A stretch of 64,000 nucleotides of DNA from Mayamaea pseudoterrestris (lineage: Eukaryota), in NCBI GenBank assembly GCA_027923505.1, contig BROI01000035.1, forward strand, positions 62,001 to 126,000, read 5' to 3'. Position 1 is the stretch's first letter. Each line of letters opens with the position of its first letter. Shown here piece after piece: positions 34,693 through 46,973 of this stretch. Under the pieces are notes generated by a model. It was given only the letters and a program-made list of their open reading frames with translations, was not told where the DNA came from and searched no databases. The translations under genes and the position numbers were made by a program.

Positions 34693-36534
34693 CTACACCT
34701 GGAAGTCCTTGACAACAGAACCGCTAGGTTCCTCCAATCCCAGAGTGCTTGGTTCCGATATTTCATCAAATCTAGCCTCGTCCCATCTTGCGGAATTTAT
34801 CTGAGATTTATCCACGCGGACGAGACCCGACTTTTCAGTCAACGGTGCCAACGACAACAGTGTAGCTTCTAACGCAATCAATGCAGCCTTCAAGTTGGAG
34901 CATTGGTGCAGCGAGAGCTTGCATTCGACAACAAGGTACTGCATGATGTCAATCTTGACGCAGTCGACAGCAATGCTCAGGATAGACCGCCCCTTAGACG
35001 TCAAAATTGCCATGCCCTCAACGTCGCAATTCGTGCCGGCGCGATTGGCAGGAATTGTCTTGAATGGGCATTGGTGCTCATCTAAAAGCCATCGAAGGAT
35101 ATCAAGATTCCCTCCTATGACTGCACAGTGAATGGGATGCATGCTTTCATCTTTCTTACTTGAAACTGGGAATTGTGTGCGTAGATTTACATTGCCGGAT
35201 CCATAAAGACCGACCGCTTCCTCGTAGTCTCCATCCAGAAGAGCATTTTTAAATGACGTGCTCAGCGAATTGCACGCCAAGCAAACCTTAACATGCGTCT
35301 CTCTCTTCAGGTTGTAAGTGTCGGGGACACACGTTGCCGGCCACGAGGCAGTACAATTAGAACAGACGCAAACCCCGCAGTTGCGGCAGTGGCTAGCTCG
35401 TCGAAAGATGGCAAACTTGCCTTTGCAGGTATAGCAAGCAAGCGAATCAGCAAACGGCACCATTTTTGGTGGTGCATTGGCTATAGCCGCCTCGCGGGCT
35501 TGGCGTTCCGATGAGAACGAGAAGGCACGAAGATATCTGTTCGCCTTGACTGGATCGCGGGCAACGCCCTTTTGATTTGTGTTAATGGTGGCGACCCAAA
35601 GGTTGCTAGCCGCATTATGATATACAGTGGCAGCTAGTAAGGTGCGCGGGCGGATTTCAAAGTTGAGAGAACTTGATTCGTGTGGCTTTATCGTTTTGTG
35701 GACATGGTCGCCAAAAAGTTTTTCGATAATGCCGCCGCCCTTGGCTCTACCCTCAGGCCCGTCCGACTTTGTGGATCCACCACGTATAAAGATGTCCCGA
35801 CCAATTTTGTTGTCACCCTCAACGGCCGCGTTATAGCTCCCGTCATCTGAAATGGTGTACGAATGGCGCGAGCGCTGCGAGTCGTTCAAGCTACGATTAC
35901 TTCCAGCCTTGCGCTGCATCAACTCTTGCCGTGTTCGCAGAGTCGATGGCGGCTTGTTGCGGCTGATCGGTGGTCGGGGAGAGGGAGCTCGAGAAGCCAA
36001 AGGATTGGGTCCAGTGACTCGAGTCAAACTTGATGAGCGCGATCGGGAGCGGGACCTATTAGAAGCGTTGCTCGGTGTATTATTTGCCTTCTTTATATTG
36101 TTGCGTGCATTGGGCGCCCCAGATTTACTGCTGCTGCCCGGCTTGGAAGCTTTGTTAGTGGAGCATCTGGCGTGCGTTCTTGATGTAATTATTTCAGTTG
36201 CAGGAGCAACTGATCCACTTCTACTTGACGACCGTCCCCTGGTTTTAGTCGCACTCCGAGTGCGCGATAAGCTCCGAGCAACTTGGCTGGTAATTTTTGG
36301 CTGGTTGGCAGGCTCGCGGCTTCGTCCTCGATCTCGCAATCCAAATGATTTTATATCGCTCTGATTACTTGTATGGTGCTTACCCTCGCTCACACTACTT
36401 GAGCTTGTGGAGCTGTACGTGCGATCTGGTACTTGTCGCTGTGAAAACGACCGAGACTTGAACGTCCGCACTGCTACGACAGTTGGACGGCTGGATGCAA
36501 CTGGAGAGCGGCTTGTTGTGTTCACGTCTCGTTC

Positions 36535-36613
<79 letters not shown>

Positions 36614-36783
36614 GAGAAAAATGCTTGCTGCTGCGTTGGTGGAGGATTGCTGCTGCTGCTGGTTGGAGTGGGTGGTCGACGCGAATGATAGTGTGAAGGT
36701 GACTTGTTCTCCCATGGGGATGCACGTGCAAAGGATGGCTCCTGCGGAAAACTCATCCAGTCTTTTGGTCCATCATGGACCAT
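34693..36783 (-). CDS. FYVE-like zinc finger/ankyrin-like protein with poly-Gln; C-terminal RING disrupted
   Basis: CYTCKGKF...RRASHCRNCGVCVCSNC...VCLAC; HPIHCAVIGGNLDILRWLL; paralog of 46974-50192. Confidence 0.85.
36536..36610 (-). repeat. (CAG)~25 microsatellite encoding poly-Gln
   Basis: 75 nt of uninterrupted TGC on + strand. Confidence 0.95.
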
Positions 36784-37469
36784 GATTACAATCTGATTTA
36801 TCGCTGACTTGGGTTTTGGCAGGCGGACCTAATCGTCTGGACTGGGGATATGGATTCTGAAATGTGATTTTCTTTGCTCTGGATCAATCTCCACACTTAT
36901 TCGTCTCCGTCAATAGTCGCTCCGTCGTTGCTCGAACAGCTGATTTTCGTTCGGCAATCGTTGGCTCGGAGTGCATCTAAAGCGCGTCAAGTCGGGTTGT
37001 TAGGTGAACTTGGTGCGCCGTGCACATGGTCTTCGCCGTCGGCGATATATTGTGAGACGAAACGTTCCGTTGAAAGATTTGTGAGGTGCGTTTTGTGAGG
37101 CTTAAGTATTGCTTGACCGGCTGGCTCGTTGGTGCTTGGAGTAGGCGCAATCGATAGAAAATGCAGTTGTCATACCTACATCAGTAATAGAGTAGTGTTT
37201 TGGCAGATGGCTGCCTCCAAGCTAGCGAAAGCTCCGTCTACTTCCTACTCCATGCAGTCTATCCAGAATAGTGGTTTGTTTGTAGGAAACGTTTTGGACA
37301 GTACCAATTCGGCGAAAGCTCGGCTTGGTGCGACGGAACGAAAAATGAAAGTCATTACCTCACCATATTTTTTTATATATATAGCATTGTTATCACTTTT
37401 ATGATAAGCTCCAATAGAGCAAGCTCCTATAGAAGAGCGCGTCGTTGGTAGCTCGCCCGCAACCTGCGT

Positions 37470-38313
37470 CTATACCTTGCGAATAAACTCGGCCCGACGT
37501 GTCAAACCATGGTACAAGTAAAGCGTGCCTGTGAGCATGGTAATGGTAATCTTCTTGGCGTGCATCTGCTTATTATCGCAGGTCTTGGTATTGCTGGCAA
37601 ATGAGTGCTTGGTAACACTAGTTGCAGCTCGCTTGACGACACTGTCCTCAAGCTTTGCCTGTCGCCGACGGATTCGCTCGTCGCGCGCCGATGTTCGAGC
37701 CTTGCTTGCATCAGAAGTTGGCGTAGTCATGCTTGATTCAGACAAAGAGTTGGAGCTACTGCCACTACTTGTTTTCTTGGACTGCTTTGACTCTTGACTA
37801 ACAAGAATAGGTGTATCCGTTGGTTTCGTGATGACTGTCGTCGGGTCAATGAGCGTCAGTGGTGATTCCTTGCGCGTCTTGCGAGTCGCCATTGTCGCCT
37901 TGATTTCCTTCTCCGGGTCGACTTTTCCAAGAATCTCGCCAAAGGACGACTCGTAGACTTCCTTGTCGTCCTTGCCCTCGTTGTTGTCCAGAAAAATGGC
38001 CCGCCAGGTAGGATTGGTAGCGTTCTCATCCGAGCATCGTGAGACAAGACGGCCTTCGATAGTGACTCCACCGGACTGGACGAGTCATTATAGATGGCAT
38101 GAGTTAGACTTCAAAGTCAAATACATTGAATATAACAATTGTCTTCACACTCTGTCCGCAAGCATACATACTGCTTTGGACTCTCGCTCGACTCGGTTTG
38201 ACTCGTGCGCCGCCTCTTACCTCAATTTCAACAATGTCTCCAACAGTATAGATGCGCTTCTTGGTGCGACGAGATGATCGACGACGCGTTGAGTCGGAAA
38301 CGGTAGCTGTCAT
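37470..38313 (-). CDS. Uncharacterised basic protein A (intron 38076-38220)
   Basis: Spliced MTATVSDSTRRRSSRRTKKRIYTVGDIVEIE|SGGVTIEGRL... runs in frame into the 140-aa ORF ending LTGTLYLYHGLTRRAEFIRKV. Confidence 0.8.
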
Positions 38314-38681
38314 GGCGGTTGTTCTTTGGTGACTTGTGGATGGGACGGCACGGCTCGTCTCGGTGAAGGCTTGTGTGTTTCGACGATGCATGTTGCATGT
38401 TCCGCGAGTGCGATCGATCCTCGCACGAAGAACAATTTCTGATATCGTATCGGTTATGAGGTTTCCAATGTTCGTGGCAGCACTCAGTTGTCGATACTAC
38501 AAAACAAGTGAAAATGTCAATGACAGAAACGCCATCGTCCGGTTGCATGTGACGTGTCCGTCGTTGATCGTTGATGCTTGACCGTCGATGTGCTCGCGAA
38601 AGAGGATCAGCTCCTCACACTTCTTTGAATCGGACCAGGGCCAAAACGACTCTACAAACACTCTCGCATACGAAGGCTACC

Positions 38682-39562
38682 ATGAGCAGCCGTCCTCGTC
38701 GATCACGTCGTGCACCAAAAAAGTTTACTGACTTTTCTCATGGGGATGTGGTGGAGGTAAGCTGCTTCGGGGAATGGAACGATTGAGAGAAGCCGATGTT
38801 TTGTGACGGGTTCCTGCTTGAGAACGAACGGACAATCGTATGATCAAGAGTTCATTATGGTGACGATTCTTTACACACTTTTGTCTCATTATAAATTGCA
38901 ATGTATCTATTCATGCCACACAGATCATTCGCAACGGCGTTCCAGTCCAAGCACGCCTCGCTCAGCTTCTCAGTGAATCAGCCAGCCCTAATCCGCGTTG
39001 GCTCTTGAAGTTTGACGGCCAGTCAATCAAGGATGAGGAGGTATATCAGCAAGCCTTTTCTAAAAAGCTTGTTAGTGCAACTTCGCCTTCCTCCAGTAAG
39101 CGAGGAAGCAACAGCGATAACAGCATCCATACTGACAATGATTCCATGGCTGGTGGGGACTCGACGCCCCCATCGCCAGAAACAAAGCTAGCCTCAGATG
39201 ACGTTTTAATTGCCACCAAGATGAGTATTAACTCGAATAGCACGGACGAGGATGATGAGGAAGGCTCTACGAGCGCAGTCAACAGTGGCGTCGACGACCA
39301 CCAGCGCCTTTTGAAGGAGCAAGCACGCGTCTCCGCGCGCGAAGCTCGAAGCCGTCGTCGACAGGCCAAGGTGGTTCAAGAATCGAAACAGTTATCGGTC
39401 AAAAACATACGAGGTGGCTTTCGAGCGGGTCTGGCCAAGAGTAACGGCAAGCGTCAGCGCGAGGAAGGTGAAGAGTGTGTCAAGGTTCCCTTGCTGACTG
39501 GAACGTTGTATTTGTATCGGGGACGCACCAAGCGTCGGGCCGAGTTTGTTCGACGAGTCTAG
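38682..39562 (+). CDS. Uncharacterised basic protein B, paralog of A (intron 38757-38923)
   Basis: Spliced MSSRPRRSRRAPKKFTDFSHGDVVE|IIRNGVPVQARL... ending LTGTLYLYRGRTKRRAEFVRRV. Confidence 0.8.
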
Positions 39563-39847
39563 TGACTCTTATTCGTTCGCGGGATGGAACAATAGGACAA
39601 GAAAGATGACGAAAAGTTGCGTGACTGCTGCGCAGCCCTCGGTGGGCTGCATGGTCATGGAACAAAGATTCTTTAAGGGATAAGTGAGTGCGTTTGAGTT
39701 GCAGGTTGAATTAAATACTTGCACGATTCGTAAATATAAGAGTATACTACGGTAGCTATAGTCGTCAAGTACAAGTCAGTTACGAATTCTACTGTTAGTA
39801 CATTCGTTGCATCAACATGTCCATTCACACCGCAAACATACATAACA

Positions 39848-40366
39848 CTACCGCTCTACAGCTTCTCGATGCTTCATTCCTTCCTGTCTCGCTCTAATTT
39901 CCAACATTTTGCCCTGCATGGTCATTTGAATGCTTTGCAGATTTGTTTTAGTTGCCTCAATGACCTTGGCAATGTTTTCCGCATTGGCATCAACCAATTT
40001 CTGTCGACGATCTAAATATTGAATCGTTTCCTTGTTGTTCTTTTCAACAAAGAATCCCGTTCCAATGTCAACGAGTAGTTTTGTTGGTTCCTTAATGCGA
40101 CCAGGGACGTAAAGTGATTCTGTCAATGGAAGTAGAATGTTCTTTCCGTCGCTCGCTGGCGTGACTTGCTCAACAGCTCGTGTCGACTGCTGAATTCGAT
40201 TAGCAGCTTGTTTCAGTTGAGCGAATCGTTGCGAAAATGCCTGTAAACGACCCTCCTCGGATTGTCGTAGTTGATCAAGATCGGCCAAGCTCATCTGGTC
40301 GAGCTGAATAGTGCTGTTACCGTTCGAAGCAGAGTCATCTTGGTTTGACGCATTGGAGGCTGCCAT
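39848..40366 (-). CDS. PFDN5: Prefoldin subunit 5 (alpha type)
   Basis: ILLPLTESLYVPG...LLVDIGTGFFVEK flanked by coiled coils. Confidence 0.93.
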   Translation of the reverse strand: MAASNASNQDDSASNGNSTIQLDQMSLADLDQLRQSEEGRLQAFSQRFAQLKQAANRIQQSTRAVEQVTPASDGKNILLPLTESLYVPGRIKEPTKLLVDIGTGFFVEKNNKETIQYLDRRQKLVDANAENIAKVIEATKTNLQSIQMTMQGKMLEIRARQEGMKHREAVER

Positions 40367-40849
40367 TTTTAGTTTATTTGCGAATCTACAGTAGTACTAA
40401 AGTAATGAGTGAGAGTGCCTACCGGTAGGCTAGCAGTGGCAGGAACAAGGTCAAACGATTTGTGTATCGAACATGATTCGACGACCGCTCATTTTTAAAA
40501 GGATCGCGACGCATCTTGAAACGCCAGGGCGTATGTCACAGTGCGACTGTACTCAGGAAGCGATTGATTTTCCACCCCTAAGTAAATTTAGTAGCATTGG
40601 GACAATGACCTCGCCGAGAAACCGCCGAAATGCAAGCCAGCGCTGCCAGCCATGAAGAGAGAGGGTCGCTTGCTGCTGATGCGCTTGTCTCGTTGTTACG
40701 AGTCCTTCCATTCTTCCTGCGTTGCTCTCTTACAGTCATTGCTGCTGCTACTGCTGCGACTGCAATAATACTCTTGGATTAAACGAGCCACGGTAGTTCA
40801 TCAGTATTTTGCGACTGCGTTTTTCTATCCAGACAGTACAATATTCGTC

Positions 40850-42200
40850 ATGGATCACCCGACATTTGCGACATCTCCTTCGTCGCAGCAGCAGCAGCAG
40901 CAACCAATGGATCCTACATCCGCTGCAGCATCCGACGCCATGTCTCGTCTATCACTATCCGTTGATCCGGATGAAAAGAAGAGTCATATAGCAGCAGCAG
41001 CCAAGGCGTCGCGATCACCAGCTGCTGCAGGAACACGAGCCAACAATGTCGCCAATAATAACATTATTACAGCATCTGCTTCTCGGCCTCATGCCAGCGT
41101 TTCTCCCAAGCAACGCGGAACTGGTCAGCCAGTCTTTTCGGGAGACTCGGGAGAAGGAGAGGAAGACGATGACGACGACGAGGATGATGACGAAGAGGAA
41201 GACCAAGCTGATGAAGACGAGGACAGCTCGGACGTTTCGCCATCCGAGGAGGATGGAAGCTGGATTACATGGTTCTGTTCACTTAGAGGGAACGAATTCT
41301 TTTGCGAAGTGGATGAAGACTATATACAGGTACGTGCGTGCATGATCGACTGGTTTTGCGCGGAGAACTCTTATCCGGAAGTCCTTGAGACACTTGCATT
41401 GTCGCTTCCTCTTGTCGCGCGCCTCTCATCCCATTCGTCTTTTTCCATATTGACTACAGGATGACTTCAACTTGACGGGTCTCAACCTAGTCGTCCCGTA
41501 CTACGACTACGCCCTTGACATGGTCTTGGATGTTGAAATGCCGCTCGAAGACACACTCACGGAGGATCAGCAAGAAATTGTTGAATCAGCGGCAGAAATG
41601 CTGTACGGACTCATTCACGCCCGATATATTGTCACGAGCCGTGGCATGCACGCCATGTACGAAAAGTACAGGATAGCAGCCTTTGGCAGATGTCCGTCTG
41701 TGTTTTGTCAAGGACAACCAGTCTTGCCGGTGGGACTGTCGGATCTGCCGAGGAATTACACGGTCAATGTCTTTTGTCCGCGCTGCCATGGTCTCTTTTT
41801 TCCAAAGAGCACAAGACAGGCCAATATTGACGGAGCGTACTTTGGAACGACATTTCCTCACCTTTGGCTCATGACACATCCGGTAAGTGCACGCGATTGT
41901 TGCTGATGGGTTACAGTTGCGAGTGGATGTCACTGTGGTCGGCTATACTGACGCCATCTTTATCATTCGTGATTATCAAAGGATATGATCCCCCAAAAAC
42001 CAACGCAGACTTATGTTCCAAGATGCTTTGGCTTTAAAGTGAATGACCAGTCACTCTTTTACCTGAATCGCGAGGCGGACCGAGCGTCGTCTTTGCGGCA
42101 GCCGCAGGAAGCGGCTGTCGGTCGTCCGAACGCAAATAGTCGACGGACCAAGCGCACTGGTAGCAGCAATACTCCTACAAATGGTGCTCGACTCAAGTAA
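40850..42200 (+). CDS. CSNK2B: Casein kinase II regulatory beta subunit (introns 41330-41459, 41883-41981)
   Basis: [51 protein letters not shown]...[17 protein letters not shown]. Confidence 0.96.
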
Positions 42201-43340
42201 AGTTCATGGCTGACGTTTGGTGCTACCTTTTTGTATTGGAGGTTAATTGCGTGTGTTATTTAAGCTTTCAGAAGACCGGATCTTGTAGAATCATTTTGAT
42301 AGTCGAGATATATGTTTTTCTGGTATATGCTACTAGCTATCTATTCAACACGAAGTGAGCTTGCCACCCCGAACAAAGTAGAGCATATCACGCTCGAACA
42401 ACTACTGTCACTCTCTCCCAAATCTTGGGTTAAAATTCCGAGCAAGCAATTGACTCGATTGTACCACATGTATCATACAGGCAGGCTTTTGAATGACATA
42501 AATACTAAGTAGAAGTATTACAATCGGTTGTCTGACTGCCTGGCTCGTGGCCCAACCCTACTAGGGAGTAAGATTTACTCGTACTACGCAAACGCTTTGC
42601 GTACGTTGTGTTAATCGACGACCGGTCGCATCGGCTGGACGTCTATTGACTGACCCATGCAGTGAGTGACTGCCAATTTAGGATGAAACGGATGCGTCTG
42701 CGTCAATGCCCTTCCTTCCCCTTTGCCACCATCCACCATTTATTGCTTGCCAGGTGATGTTCAAAATTTAACTGCCTTGGGCCGCTTTCCAAAGTTAATA
42801 GCATTGGAAAAACACTGATCACGTTTACTTCAAGCTTGAACACTCGTGTATATAGAAAGATGGAATGGGATAAAGCACAACTCTTTAAAGAAAGCCTGGT
42901 CATAGTCGATGAATATTTCCACAGATGGGTCCCCGATGACTCCCCATCTACGTAGTCGAACCACCTTACACCAACGAATTAATATCAAAGCATCATGCCC
43001 CAAAAAGCCAGTCAAGCTTTATTACCGGATGGGAGGGATAGTTAGAGCATCCTCAACGCGGCGTATCCATTGGGTGCGAAAAGATCCTCAGAAGGTGTTG
43101 GAATGAGGAATGAGGTGAGGATTACCTTGCCTGATGGCCATTTTCATCGGGACCCACTTGTGTGTCTCCTTCTTAATCAGTAAGCATCATCAAGCATCTG
43201 CTACCGTATTCGACGGATCCCACACGACCCAAGAAGCAAGATGAGATGGATAGTACGGTAGGGCATGGCCGAGACTGGAGGCGGTAGGGAAAAAATAATG
43301 AGCCAGCACCCTGCACGGCGCGAGATTCTTCTGGCTCAGC

Positions 43341-43593
43341 AAGGCAATAGAGTGAAACGAGTGCCAGTGAAAACTACGTCAGAAGGCAATATTGTGAAAC
43401 GAGTGCCAGTGTCAATTACGTCATAAGGCAATAGTATGAAACAAGTGCCAGTGTCAGTTACGTCATAAGGCATTAGTACGAAACGAGTGCCAGTGAAAAC
43501 TGCGTCACGAAGGCAATACTATGAAACAAGTGCCAGTGAGAACTGCGTCACAAGGCCATAGTACGAAACGAGTGCCAGTGAGAACTACGTCGC
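43341..43593 (+). repeat. 42-bp tandem repeat array, 6 units
   Basis: AAGGC anchors at 43341, 43383, 43425, 43467, 43510, 43552; consensus AAGGCAATAGTA(C/T)GAAACGAGTGCCAGTGAAAACT(A/G)CGTCAC. Confidence 0.95.
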
Positions 43594-43743
43594 ATCGTTG
43601 ATTGATTTCCGCCACGGAATTTGAAACGTCAGTGACCGACGGAGCCATCGAAATTGTTTGGCTGCGTTGATGGGCTGATTCATCAGATACATTGTGTCGT
43701 CTTGCAGTTAATCAGACGGAGTTTATACACATCAATCATCCTT

Positions 43744-46332
43744 ATGGTGTCGAGTGTGTTTGTTTTGATTGCTGCCCTGGCGGCGGCGACAGTCGATGCC
43801 TTTGCTCCACGATCCTTTGGCGTGCGAATTGAGGTGAGAAGAATTATTTGCTTTCGTCGATCATGCAGTGACGGATCGGTCGGACGAAGAGAGCCAGGAC
43901 GGTTTCGCACGAAGCGACATTCATGATCGCGGCCTAATCCGAAGCATATGCCTTAAATTACTCCACAAATTCACTCCTTCACTTAATATCTTTCAATTTC
44001 TACTTTTGGAAAACGCAGAATGTCGCCTTGAGCATGGCTTCTCAGGAAACTTATGACAAGGCCAAGGCATCTTCGTCCAAACTTCGCGAGATTGATCTCA
44101 ACTTGTACAGAAACATTGGAATTATGGCGCACATTGATGCTGGCAAGACTACGACAACTGAACGTATTCTCTTTTACACTGGAAAGTCTTACAAGATTGG
44201 TGAAGTCCACGAAGGTGGAGCAACTATGGACTGGATGGAACAGGAGCAGGAGCGAGGCATCACCATCACATCGGCTGCCACGACGTGCGCATGGAACGAT
44301 CATCGCATCAACATCATCGAGTGAGTACTACATTACGAACATCGGAGCTTGATACGCAATACGCAAGCAAACGTTGCATATTGATGGTACGATTTCGTTT
44401 CATTTGAAAGCTCATCAAGCTTATTATCCATTTTCGCATCGCAGCACACCTGGTCACGTTGACTTTACCCTCGAAGTCGAACGTTCCCTCCGAGTTTTGG
44501 ATGGCGCCGTGGCAGTCTTTGATGGAGTTGCCGGAGTCGAGCCCCAGACAGAAACGGTTTGGCGCCAAGCCGACAAATACAAGGTTCCCCGCATGTGCTT
44601 TTTGAACAAGATGGATCGTACAGGAGCTGACTTTTACTTTTGCGTGAAGACAATTGTTGACTTGCTGGGAGCCACACCGGCTGTCCTGCAGTTGCCCATT
44701 GGAACCGAGTCAGATTTTTTGGGAGTTGTGGACTTGGTGACCATGGAAGCCATTGTATGGCGTGGCGAGGATTTGGGAGCGTCGTTTGACCGTATTCCGT
44801 TGGCTGAGTGTACTGACATCCCGTTGGTTGATGATGCACTTAAGGCGAGAGCGCAGGAGTGGCATGAGAAGCTCGTCGAGCTGGCTGTCGAACAAGACGA
44901 GGAAGCCTTGATGGAGTATCTTGAAGGCAATGCACCAGACGCAGCCACTTTGAAAAAACTTATCCGAAAGGGAACATTAGCGCTGGATTTCGTGCCTGTC
45001 TTGACGGGAACAGCGTTTAAGAACAAGGGTGTGCAACCCCTTCTTGATGCCGTAGTTGATTACATGCCTTCTCCGTTGGATGTTGAAGCCATCAAGGGTC
45101 TCGATGAAGCTGGCGAAACGCTCGTGCGCTACTCTTCTGATGCCGAACCCTTGTCCGCCCTTGCTTTTAAGGTCGCAACGGATCCATTTGTCGGCACTCT
45201 TACTTTCACACGCATCTACTCTGGTGTTATGGAAACCGGAACATCAGTCTACAACTCGGTCAAGGGTAAGAATGAGCGCATTGGACGAATGCTGCAAATG
45301 CACGCCAATGAACGGACCGAAATCAAGAGCGCTGTCGCTGGAGACATTGTCGCCCTGGTTGGACTCAAGGATACCACCACTGGTGAAACACTTTGCGACA
45401 AGGCAAACGCCTGCATTCTCGAAAAGATGGACTTTCCTGAACCCGTCATCAAGGTTGCGGTTGAACCAAAAACCAAGGCTGATCAGCAGAAGATGTCCGA
45501 GGCGCTCATTCGTCTTGCTGCTGAGGACCCATCGTTCCGTTTCTCTCGTGACGAGGAGACTGGCCAGACTGTCATTGAGGGCATGGGCGAGCTCCACTTG
45601 GAAATTATCGTTGACCGCATGAAGCGTGAATATAACGTTGAGGCAACTGTCGGTGCTCCTCAAGTGTCTTACCGCGAGGCCATCACTCAGAAGGCTGAGA
45701 TTGATTACGTTCACAAGAAGCAGTCGGGAGGTTCGGGTCAATACGCTCGTGTCAAGATTGTCTTTGAACCAAAAGACATGGACGGAGAGGAAGGTTCCAT
45801 GGATTTTGAATTCGAGTCTGCCATCAAGGGAGGAAACATCCCGAAGGAGTACATCCCTGGCGTTCAAAAGGGCGTGGAATCTGTCCTCGGAACTGGTGTC
45901 ATTGCTGGGTACCCAGTGCTCGGTTTGAAGGCCACTCTCACTGATGGTGCATACCACGACGTTGATTCTTCCGTCATGGCCTTTGAGATTGCCGGCCGCG
46001 CTGCCACGCGCCAAGGTTTACGAAAAGCTAAGGCTCGTCTAATGGAACCGCTCATGCAGGTCGATATCACGACACCAGAAGAATACATGGGCGATATTTT
46101 AGGCGACATTAATTCCCGACGAGGCTTGGTCGGTGAACTTGGCGAGCGTGGTAACATCAAGACTGTTTCTGCAAAAGTGCCATTGGCAAACATGTTCCAG
46201 TACGTGAGCACGCTTCGCTCTCTCAGTAAGGGCCGGGCGAACTACTCGATGAAGCTTTCCGCATATGATTTTGTCCCTCCTAACATTGAAGATGAGTTGA
46301 AGAAGGGATTTGTTGCGGCAGAGGAGGACTAA
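43744..46332 (+). CDS. fusA: Plastid-targeted elongation factor G (introns 43834-44018, 44321-44444)
   Basis: Signal peptide ending [57 protein letters not shown]. Confidence 0.96.
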
Positions 46333-46973
46333 AGTGCGATTTCGTGCATCTGGGCGTAGTCTCCATCAACATGCTGCTTATAAGTGTACTAAGATAGAAT
46401 TATGACATAATCGATACTGAATTAATGGTATAATGGTAACAGTACTTGCAAGCCTATGATCCCCATCAGGAAAACCGATGTGCATGGCTCGCACCTTATA
46501 AGCTTCCACTGATTTTCAGCGATTGCGTTGCATCGGCTTGCTCAATTATGATAGGTTGTTTAGGCATACTAATGGATTTGTTCCTTCTCGCTGTCTGTAT
46601 CATACTGTACATTTTTGTGCTCTACTGTACTAGGAGCCATGGAAAATTGTTTATATCTTAACACAGGAGTGTATTCAACGTGATAATATGTCACAGAAGA
46701 TGCAGTTTGAAGTTCGACAACAGCTTTCAGGCGGTGAATACTTCGCCTGCCTTAGTCTCCATCCAGTAGGACAACGCATGTTAGCTAAGGTGAGACGTGC
46801 AGGCGTTCCTGCGACACAATCGTTTCGCACCCACACCAGCGTGCTGCTCATCCATTCACCTTGCTTCACGCAATTCGATTGTCATTTGAAAAAATTGAAA
46901 AGAGGAAAAGCTAAATAACTTGCGCAATTGACGATTGCTTATATAAAGACTGATCTTGTAAGAGCACTAACAA

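Noticed and set aside
36395..36785. Poly-Ala, poly-Cys and poly-Ser ORFs
   Set aside because: Alternative-frame shadows of the CAG tract in the FYVE gene
43341..43593. 42-bp arrays as CRISPR arrays
   Set aside because: Units are contiguous with no unique spacers, there are no cas genes, and the context is eukaryotic
45244..46014. Long antisense ORFs over EF-G and other genes
   Set aside because: Shadow ORFs opposite conserved, codon-biased genes with no independent motifs
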